A stretch of DNA of 37,328 nt from Cercozoa sp. M6MM (Eukaryota; Protista; Endomyxa: Ascetosporea): assembly GCA_040357565.1 (NCBI GenBank), contig JBDODJ010000111.1, one strand, 5' to 3'. The notes beneath the pieces were generated by a model. That model saw only the letters and a list, made by a program, of their open reading frames with translations, did not search any database and was not told the DNA's origin. Position 1 is the first letter of the stretch. Each line of letters starts with the position of its first letter. Shown piece after piece: positions 24,341-33,470 of the stretch. Made by a program: the position numbers and the translations under genes.

Positions 24341-25484
24341 CTTTGGCAAAAGTCGCTGCCTGTGGACGGTTTGTCTTTGCCGACCGAGACGCTGCGCGAG
24401 TTGCACGACTTTGCGCGGCGCTGCGGAGGCGACGAATTGCCCGTTGGAACCGAGGATGAGGTGTGCCTCCACAGTTTCTAACTTCTATGTTGTTGTCGAT
24501 TGCCATCGGTCTTTGCTGTCTACTGGCGCCGGATGAAGAAGTCCAAGCCCTGGCTGGTGTCAGCTTGAGCGATGCGGCACTTCAAAGGGCGGAAGTAAAG
24601 TTCATGCGACGACTCAAGTTCGCTGATCAAGTGCACGTGTGGCGCAACTTACCGAAAACAGATGGTGCGGTTTTCGCTTCATCTAGGCGGACACTTCATC
24701 AAGATTTCACTGCTTGCTTTGTTGTGACACAGAGGAAACACTGCCCCCAATGCCGCGTGCCACTATCGACGACGTGCTTCACATACCCGTAGCCTTGTTG
24801 CTCTGCACAATGCACAAGTTTGTTTCGACTTTTGTGTGATTGACTAGGCTCTCAAATCGGCGCTGCGTATGTTCCTTGACCGCATGCTGTGCGGCGAGAA
24901 CCTCCGCTTTGTCGAGGCCGTTGATGAGCTGCGGCACAAGAGTGAGATGCAGTATTCCGAAGATACGGACGAGGTGCTTAGCAAGGCCGCCTACAAGGGT
25001 ACCTTCTCAGGCACTCACTGCTGTCCGAATGTGCCGACTTGAGCCTACCTGCAGTCTGCAAGTTGTACCGCCGTTTCTGCGATGTGCACGCCGACGAGTG
25101 CGTCAACCTGCCGGCTAGACTGTTTGAACGTATCAGCAGTGCCGTGTGTAACGGTGACTCCGGTGTGTCGTTTTGTTGCGCTTTGTCTGCTGCACATATC
25201 TATGTGTTTGTTCTGCCATATCATATGCAGACAAGCTTCAAAAGGAGCTGCGACGGCATCGGGCTGCCAAGCAGGGACATGTCGCGCAATCCTTGTGCCA
25301 TAACGTGTTCGCCAGTGCACGTCAGGAGGTACCAAGCTGCTTGGCCCAGGCTACCAACGATCCTAACGATGTGTGACTGCTTGCTCAGATCATCGACCTG
25401 ATGCGCGTGGATTCGCTGCCGAAATTCAACGCGTGCGACGAACTGCGTGCTGTGCTGAGTGACCCTCAGATTACCATTAAGTGA
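20785..25484 (+). CDS. Large multi-exon helical protein with C-terminal RGS (regulator of G-protein signalling) domain
   Basis: RGS motifs at about 24850-25484: ALRMFLDRMLCGENLRFVEAVDEL, LYRRFCDVHADECVNLP, VFASARQE|IIDLMRVDSLPKF. Upstream exons can be chained from about 21000. The start codon and some internal junctions are uncertain. Confidence 0.7.
22252..22478. other. Assembly gap (100 N, 22296-22395) inside an intronic (TG)n microsatellite
   Basis: Seen directly. Confidence 0.98.
22786..22827. repeat. (TTG)n microsatellite, probably intronic
   Basis: Seen directly. Confidence 0.9.
24278..24338. repeat. (TG)n microsatellite, intronic
   Basis: Seen directly. Confidence 0.95.
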
Positions 25485-25705
25485 TCGCGATTTCTTCGCA
25501 TCGCGTCGTACGGTATCGTTTCGGCTAACACGTTAACCTAGGCCTCACTGATTCGATTAGTGCACTGGGAGTTTCGATTACGTTACCGCGACTTCGTGAT
25601 CGATGAGCGGAACGAAGTCGCTGCTACAAACTCCGCTCTTACTCTTCATCCGCGCGGATACTGCATAGTCTGAGTCAGTTTGTAACAAGTCGAGGTAGTG
25701 CTGAT

Positions 25706-26298
25706 ACAGCATGACCTACTGTATCCGCGCAGATGCCACTTTAAGACTTATGAAACCTCAAAAGAGGTGTGGAAGATTTTGACGTGTGTTCGCTGATATC
25801 CTGACCCACTGAGAGCTTCAGTCCAGACTGTGCAACACCTGTGTTTGAGAAGGGAAGCCTTGAGAAAGCTTTTGCAGCTGAACTCAAAGAAGGGCTCTCT
25901 CTCGACCAGGTAATCTGATCTCTCCAGGACCAGTTATCTCCGCTTCTACCCGTCGTCTGCCTTTCCAGAGGCCCTTCTTCTTTCTTCTTCTTTACTTCGC
26001 GCCAACTCTAGTGCTTTTGAACCTTATTACTCAGTTCTGACGACGCCTTTCCGTCTCAAGGACCCTTTTTACTGACTGTCCTTTCTACAGTTACCATCTG
26101 ACGGGTGACTTTCCCGTCCATCAGTGCTTTGCCGCCCAACTGAACCGTTGGGGTAACTCACTCTTTCAAACTGACACTTGGCCACTCTCCCTCCAAGAAC
26201 AGACTTTCTTACGTTCCTTAGTTTTTTTTTGTATCACTGGCAAAGTACCCTCAATTTACCAAGGCCTGATCCCTATCTGAGAGGGCTGCGGTAACAAA
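25706..26298 (+). mobile_element. Repeat family B copy Q (left arm of long inverted repeat)
   Basis: Inverted homology to 26845-27348 and to 19306-19654. The reading frames are degenerate. It ends ...gcggtaacaaa, the same terminus as copy X. Confidence 0.8.
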
Positions 26299-26780
26299 TG
26301 TACTGTTACTGACAATTGTCAGTGAAAAGAACTAAATAAAAGAAGTAAGTCGTCAATTAGACGAAGCGAGGGAATCAATTGATTCAGTTTGTAGAAGCGA
26401 AGTGAAGAATTACCCCAACTGGGTTCTTACGTCAAACTAGACGGAGTTGTAATTTAGACGGAATCTTCTGTCACGGGGAAAATCATGAGAAGATTTAACA
26501 AAAAAAAAAACCCTTCTCTCTACAGCAGCCACTGCTTACTTGTAGAGGTGGATATCAGTACAAACTGCAGCAACTGACCAGCTGATGCCAAGTAGATGAG
26601 GTTTTCTCTTTGCCAACTGGCAGGCTCAATCTACAGGACAGGGGCCTTATAGCTCAACAAAGCAGCTGCATTCTCGTGGTTTGAACGGAGCGTTTAGCGT
26701 GGCTCGACCGACTCAATTGCCAGGAAAATGCAGTGTTCGGAACAGTGCTTTGAATGTTTCGTCCTGCAAACTCGCGGGAG

Positions 26781-27353
26781 GATCAGCGAGGCCCTACCGT
26801 TAGTTTTTTTGTATCACCGGCAAAGTACCCTCAATTTACCAAGGAACGTAGAAAGTCTGTTCTTGGAGGGGAGAATGGCCAAAGTGTGAGTTTGAAAGAG
26901 TGAGCTACCCCAACGGTTCCGTTGGGGTGAAGCACTGGTGGACGGGAAAGACACCCTCAGATGTTTAGAAAGAACAGTCAGCAAAAAGGGTCCTTGAGAC
27001 GGAAAGGCGTCGTCAGAACTGAGTAATAAGGTTCAAAAGCACTAGAGTTGGCGCGAAGTAAAGAAGAAGAAAGAAGAAGGGCCTCTGGAAAGGCAGACGA
27101 CGGGTAGAAGCGGAGATAACTGGTCCTGGAGAGATCAGATTACCTGGTCGAGAGAGAGCCCTTCTTTGAGTTCAGCTGCAAAAGCTTTCTCAAGGCTTCC
27201 CTTCTCAAACACAGGTGTTGCACAGTCTGGATTGAAGCTCTCAGTAGGTCAGGATACCAGCGAACACACGTCAAACTCTTCCACACCTCTCTTGAGGATT
27301 TTTTTAAGTTGTAGCGTTGCTTCCGCGCGGATACAGTAGTTCATGCTGCAACA
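26781..27353 (-). mobile_element. Repeat family B copy Y (right arm of long inverted repeat)
   Basis: 26983-27231 is the exact reverse complement of 25822-26070. The flanking parts are clearly diverged homologues. Confidence 0.8.
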
Positions 27354-27476
27354 GTCAGTAACAGTACAGTTCCTAATCATTCAAGTCGACTATGGTATAC
27401 GTAATTCCCAATTGCCGTCGGTCGCGCGAATCGCGGCGGCGGGATGGCAGAGGGAGAGGCCCTTTGGCCTGGCGTT

Positions 27477-28502
27477 TTAGTTGGGGGGGATGTACATGAG
27501 CGTCGACGTGGTGTCCTGTCACACAAACACAAACAAACACACATAGACATGCAGTGATTTGTCGACAAGGAGGAAAGGAGGGGAGGCAAATACCGTCGGC
27601 GTCGGCACGGCGTCAACGATACCGTCGGCGACGACAGCCTCGACAACCTCCTCGACCGACGAGTAGGGGCAGGACTTGAGGCCGCGCGAGCACTGCTCGC
27701 TGAGCTTGACGGCGACAGCACCGGCAACGTGCGGCGACGCCATCGACGTGCCCGAAAGCACCGAGGTGCCGGTCGGCACGTCGTCCGGGTTGCGGTACGG
27801 CACGTGCGAGAGCGACTTGATCGAGACGCCCGGCGCCTGGATGTCGACGCACGGTCCCTTCTCCGAGAACGAAGCCAGACGGTCGTTGGCGTCCGAGGCG
27901 CCCACCGTGAAGGCCGTGTCGGCGCCGGCCGGCGACAGGTTGCACGCATTGCCGCGCGAGTTGCCAGCGGCCACGACGTGCACGACGCCCGCGTCAGTGG
28001 AGGCATCGACGGCCGCGTTGAGCGCCGAGTGACGGCCGCCGCCGAGCGACATGTTCGACACCGAGAAGGCCTTGTCGCTCTTCTCGTGCTGCGCCGTGAC
28101 CCACTCGATGCCGTCGATGATGGCTGAGAAGGCGCCCGAGCCGAAGCACGACAGCACCTTGACGCCGATTAGGTTGGCCTTCTTGGCGATGCCATAATGG
28201 TCCGAACCCACCGTACCGGCGACCTGCAGATACACACCCGTGAGTCACACCCGTGAGTACACCCACCACACTGCGGAGTCAAGTGAGTGTGCGTAACTGA
28301 TCAGGTAAATTTACGTGCGTGCCGTGGCCGTTGCAGTCCGTGTCCGGGTAGCTCGACGAGGCCGGGAAGGCGGCGCCGTACACGGCACGACCGGAGAGGT
28401 CGACGTGCTTGGTGTTGATGCCCGTGTCCTGTTATGTCACAACAACCATAACGTATACATGAATGAAGCAACTGTACACTCACTCATACCAGGAATACAA
28501 CG

Positions 28503-28569
<67 letters not shown>

Positions 28570-29329
28570 AAGACAGGCGCACCACAACGTAGACATCAAC
28601 GTCCTTGCCACCGGCGTCAGAGTAGTAGTACTTGCCGTCAAGCGGGAGCTGCTCCTGGTCCGAGCTGCTCATAGACACAAACACAAGCACATGTGTTATT
28701 CCAATACAGACATCGACACGCTGAGTTTCATTCAAGGTACCGGTCCAAGCCCCACGAGCAGTCCGAACCGCAGTCCTGCACGCCGAGCGCCGTGGCGACG
28801 GCGTCCTTCTCGACAAACTCAACGAACGGCAGGCGCTGCACGACCTCAAGCTGAGCGTCCGTCAGCGAGCCGTGGAAGGCCTTGAACGACTTGCCGATCG
28901 ACACGAGCTTCTCCACCGGGATCTGCTTCTCCGCCAGCACCGAGCGCACGCGCGAAAGGTCAACGTCTGCGGAATCAACAAGCGGACTTAATCAGTCTCC
29001 TTACCCCCCCCCCCCCTAAATCTCATCACACATCTGTACAAGTATGCTACCCGAACGCAGCTTAACGATGTACTCGCCCTCGAGCACCAGGTCCGGCGAC
29101 ATGTACGAGATCACCGGCGCCAGCTCGGCGGCGGCGGCCGTGGCTGCAAAAAATCGGCATGACAACACCAAAAAACTCTCTTAAAAATCACAAAAACGAC
29201 AGCCGTTCTGAGCTCTAAAACCCTCAAAACACTCAAAGCATCACAGAACGTCGTGTTGCAGCAGATCATGGGCATGCAACATCGTGCATGCAAAAACGCA
29301 CCTGCCAGCATCGAAAGAAGAAGCTTCAT
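27477..29329 (-). CDS. Secreted subtilisin-like serine protease (S8A, proteinase K-like) with I9 propeptide
   Basis: Signal peptide MKLLLSMLA.., propeptide EGEYIVKL..VEFVEKD, and catalytic triad motifs VYVV|DTG, DCNGHGTH|VAGT and SGTSMASPHVAG. The oxyanion-hole motif is VAAGN. The last exon is DTTSTLMYIPPN*. Confidence 0.95.
28506..28568. repeat. (CA)n microsatellite, intronic
   Basis: Seen directly. Confidence 0.95.
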
Positions 29330-29602
29330 TGTGAACTGTTTGTGAATGCACTAGGACAGTAAACACAAGAAAAACAGGAGCGAAGTGCGATAGCAGATTC
29401 CAGAATGATCTTTTGACACGCGCCCTTGTCCAATGTTGACCACTCAGAACAACTGGACCATTGTTTTTTTAAAGGTGAGCCGATCAGTTACGGGTCAAGG
29501 AATTCAGCTGTGTTTTTTTTTTTTTTTTTTTGAAAGGTGCCTGATATCTTCTAAACGGCGTGTGCATCGCACCAGCTCACAACCCTTCGCTAGTTATCAC
29601 GT

Positions 29603-31065
29603 ATGCGCCTGCTCGCTGTCGCTGCCTTGTGGTACAAAATTTCATGACGAGTGCGATGATCAAGCGATCTCGGGAACGCACTTGCGCAGTTTGGCGGGTG
29701 TCGCTTCGACTGTCGAGGCGCGTGACTTGCCGCCTCAACGGTGGGTCTAACTTGTCGACCGACTACGCTCAAGCCCGTTGTAAATTTTAATTTGTATTGT
29801 TTTCGTTCAGCTTTGCGTACGATGAGGACCTGGCGTACGACATGACGCTCCATAGCTACACGACCTAGTGCGTTCTTTCTTTTGCCAAAAACGTTTCGCA
29901 GTTGCAAGAAGTGCAACTCTTTGTAGCTGTAACAAGAAGTGCGTGAAAAAGTGGGACTCCTCGTGTCTGCTTTTCGCCGACAAGCTGCACGAGTTGTACT
30001 GCGGCTTTGTGCACATGTGTGCACTTACGTTTACGTTTCTGTATGAAATCGCAGCGAAATGGTCGCTGTCGTCGAGAACTCGCTGAAGGGACTCTTTGGC
30101 TACGTCGGTTACGATGCCACCCATGGTATTTCCAGTTAGTTATATCGTGATATATATGTATATATATATATATATATATATGTAAGCAGACCGCATTGTT
30201 GTGTCGTTCCGCGGCTCCAAGAATCCTTCGGTGCCCTGCTTTTGCTGTGGTTTATTCTGCTGTCCTGTAGAACAAGAAAATTGCTGTATTTGTTGTGGTT
30301 TATTCTGCTGTCCTGTAGAACTGGCTTGGAAACATCAAGTACGAGCAAGTGAAGGTGCCGGAAATTGGCGCCTCTGGTCTGGTGCATCTTGTCTCGTTGA
30401 CAGTTTTACCTTGTTAATTCTTGCACAAACGTTGTGCTGCTAAATAAAAACAGGTGCACAAGGGCTTTGCAAAGAACTACTTGCGCCTGCAGCGCCAGGT
30501 CACCTCGGCGCTCTACATGGCCACGCGCGACTACCCCACGGTTTGTTATCTGTTTTCTTGGGAATTTGTTCTTATGCAAACGTTTTGTGGTTCATAACAG
30601 GCCCAGATTGTCTACACCGGTCACTCTCTTGGTGCGTTGTTTTGTACGTACATAAGGAACTCTGGTTTGTGCAGCATGTTTTGGTCTACGATAGGCGGCG
30701 TTTTCGCTGTGTTGGCTGCTGTGGACCAGACGCGGCACTTCCCGGATCGCGAGTGAGTTCTGATGGCACTTTTAATGTGCAGTATCGTGCACGTATCCCA
30801 TTCAAGTACTCAAGTACCTCATTTGTGTGTAGGCACGTTGTGTACACGATCGGTTGCCCTCGTATCGGTGACGACACCTTCTACGCGGATGACATGGGAC
30901 ACATGTACTTTATTCCGCATTTGTTTTCGTGTTTCTCTGCTATCTGTAATTTACTGATGCGCAGTGACTCCCACTTCCGTCTGGTGAATGGTGCTGATGT
31001 CGTAGCAGCCGTGCCACCCCGTTCGTATTGCTTCTTTACAGTATGTGCGCGTGTGTGTGCGTGCA

Positions 31066-31112
<47 letters not shown>

Positions 31113-31503
31113 GTGTGCGCGTGTGTGTGCGTGTGTCGGTGAGTATTGGTTAGTATTGGTGAGTGTCGGTGAGTTTTATACCCCGTATCCTTTAGCATCC
31201 GCGGAAACAAGTACCGTCATGCGTACCAGGAGGTGTTCTACACTGAGCCCAAGAAGGGTATCTTCATTTTTGATGGTCCTTCGCCCTGAACTAGTTTAAA
31301 AAAACTCATCACAGGCGCGTACAAGCTGTGCGACGAGTCTGCAGAGGACACGTCGTGTTCTGTTGGGTATTAGAAGGTGCTCGTTGTGTCTCATGTTGTG
31401 GATATGCGTTTGTATCCTTGTGTGCAGCACCTTGCAGGACAGCGTTTCGGACCACAGCTTTTACTTTGGCGTGCTCAGCCATGACGCTTGTGGCAAGAGA
31501 TAA
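29603..31503 (+). CDS. Secreted class 3 (fungal-type) triacylglycerol lipase, about 14 introns
   Basis: The spliced translation reads [20 protein letters not shown].., [13 protein letters not shown]|[16 protein letters not shown]|G (nucleophile elbow), [43 protein letters not shown]. The gene is not obvious from the ORF track because its exons are tiny. Confidence 0.92.
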
Positions 31504-31650
31504 ACTCGAACTGCGGCGCGGCCATCAACGTCCGTAAATGGCGCGTTGGATACATGATGTCTGGGGATAGTGAGAACCAGGGTAGCGTAATTACGGCGTA
31601 ATTACGCAAAAGTATGACTCCTTTAAACTGGCAATAATGCAAGAACTACC

Positions 31651-31740
31651 CTACGCCAAGATTACGCTTTACTTACGTCAAGATTATGCATGAATTACGT
31701 CAAGACTACGCATGAATTACTTCAAGATTACGCATGAATT
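31651..31740. repeat. 22-bp tandem repeat (4 copies; 11-bp subunit) TTACGTCAAGATTACGCATGAA
   Basis: Units start at 31651, 31673, 31695 and 31717. Confidence 0.9.
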
Positions 31741-31996
31741 TGTTACGGCATAGCGTTTCTCAACCCCATTCAAGTTGTCATCTGACTACTCGTCAGCGCG
31801 GACGATTACATCTGAACCAGTATGGTTAATGGTGAAGGATTTGTTTTGTTAGGTATCTCCTGCATTACATCCTGGGGCTTCTACCTTGCATTGTCAAGTG
31901 TTGTGCAGACCAGACTTCCTAGCTTGGGTCAAGCTTTCTCTCACGCACTTTGACTGCAGTGCTTGGGCAGTTTTCAATTGCAATCAACAAGCAAGG

Positions 31997-32240
31997 CTTA
32001 GTTAGTTGAGTCTTCTAGGAAACCAACTAAGTTATGTAGTTCCCCTGCACCAGTCCCGTCCGGGGTCGGGTGGGTCACAAGAGCATGGCCGTGTCTACCG
32101 CCCGCTTAGGGTAGGACCATACTACTACTCCCCGTTTGACGTTCCCCAGACACCGGAGTCGACTTCAGGTAGCGGGCTTCAAGTAGAGAGGCGTCGCAGG
32201 CGGCGTCGGTCGTCCCGTCGTCGTCCTCCCGTCTCTCCAC
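31997..32240 (-). mobile_element. Repeat family A 3'-end copy, minus strand
   Basis: Its reverse complement aligns with 33281-33426, 18900-19080 and 19670-19745. Confidence 0.65.
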
Positions 32241-32589
32241 TCGATAACTGATAACTAAACAAAACAGACAAACAGACATAGACTGAGGGCCACCACTGCT
32301 GTGAGTGGTGGCCTAGTCTATGTCGGGGACCTCTCGGTCCAGTGCCTGCTGGGAGGCTGGTTGTCCTTCGACAGTTGCTTCCTCGTCCCAGGAGATCTTG
32401 GTGCCTTGGTGCATTCTGTTGAGTGTTGCTAGGTTCTCAGGGTTGGCCAGTAATTTATGTCTTCAATTGTGCGCCATTGAGCACTCAGGAGCTTGCCCGC
32501 CGACGCCCGAACCAACCGGCACGAAGCGAGACACTGTTGCGACGTTACTCAGCTTTCCTGTCGTTCTTTTTTCTTGCACAACGGGCTTG

Positions 32590-33470
32590 CTACTGTGTGG
32601 CGTATCTAAGCTAAATTTCGACAAAACAGCGTACACGATAGTTTATTGTTCTGTGACACCCATAGGCATTAATTCAGTACCCGTGAAAGCAACCCGAATT
32701 CGACCAGTGTGCCCTTTCGGTGGATCAAAAACGATGCGTGAGTGCCCTAGCTCCTCGAGGAACTCGATCTTGCACCCAGTAGGTTTGAAGCTCCAAACCC
32801 GGTTCCAACCTTCTCCAATCTGTGACTCGCGGCGCCCCAAACGCAGGTACTGTGCAGAACTGTTCTATCCTGTTTTTAACCACAGAAAAGTAAAACGGCT
32901 CCAAGCGCCCAAATGGGATACTGTAGCTGCAAAAACTGGAAACCCACCATCGACGAGGAATTTGCCGTGATGGTCAGGTTTTGTTCTCTAAAGGTGCTCC
33001 ACTTTAAAACACCGGCACGCTCGACAGTCATTTTACTCAACCCACCTCAGAAACACAGTCAGCTCCGTCAGCGCGGACAATCATCCTGCCAAGCTGGTCG
33101 AATACGGGGTACCACTTTTACAGATTTTTTGCCCTGCTAGCAAAAGCTCGGGTCCACGCACGGCACCCACGTCAACTCGTCTTTGGCCGCTGCGCGGATT
33201 CCCCCAGGCTAGAAGAGAGAGTTATCGATATCAGACCTTATTTAAGTTGTAACTCACTGCATCAGGTCCATCCTTGAAAAAGGTGTCCTGAGGAACTTCA
33301 AAAGGGAGTTGGATGGCGGCCCCACCCTAATTAAAGCGGGCGGTGGACTACGGCCATGCGCTTGCGACCCACCGGTACCCCAGGACTGGTACAGGGGAAC
33401 TACATAGCCGGTTTCTGAAGACGACTTGGCATCAACTGGTCAGCTGCCGCAGTGCTCTGCCGTGCAGTTT
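32590..33470 (+). mobile_element. Decayed non-LTR retrotransposon 3' portion (RTE-like), ending in the family A repeat
   Basis: Frameshifted remnants resemble LINE ORF2 motifs in the expected order: KLNFDKT..PIGINSVPV (RT domain 6-7 like), QKLETHHRR and ARVHARHPRQLVFG. The similarity is weak and judged by eye. Confidence 0.45.

Noticed and set aside
25568-25640. SECIS element in the RGS 3' UTR
   Set aside because: There is no AUGA/GA quartet with an apical AA in the right geometry, and no in-frame TGA is required in the exons I traced.
19534-27013. Integration of a 7.4-kb circle, or a double-inversion shufflon, via the shared 31-bp block
   Set aside because: One inversion plus a conversion tract explains all three copies. 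I found no TSD linking X to the outer flank of Q or Y, and no recombinase is encoded in the window.
25706-27348. Single foldback/MITE DNA transposon with long TIRs
   Set aside because: The outer ends are the most diverged part, no TSD flanks the pair, a solo copy exists at 19.3 kb, and the 15-bp duplication fits a single-copy insertion instead.
31651-31740. CRISPR array
   Set aside because: The units are contiguous tandem repeats without unique spacers, the context is eukaryotic, and there are no cas genes.
32320-32970. 216-aa ORF as a host gene
   Set aside because: It lies inside the repeat island, lacks introns unlike its neighbours, and only its middle shows decayed RT-like words.
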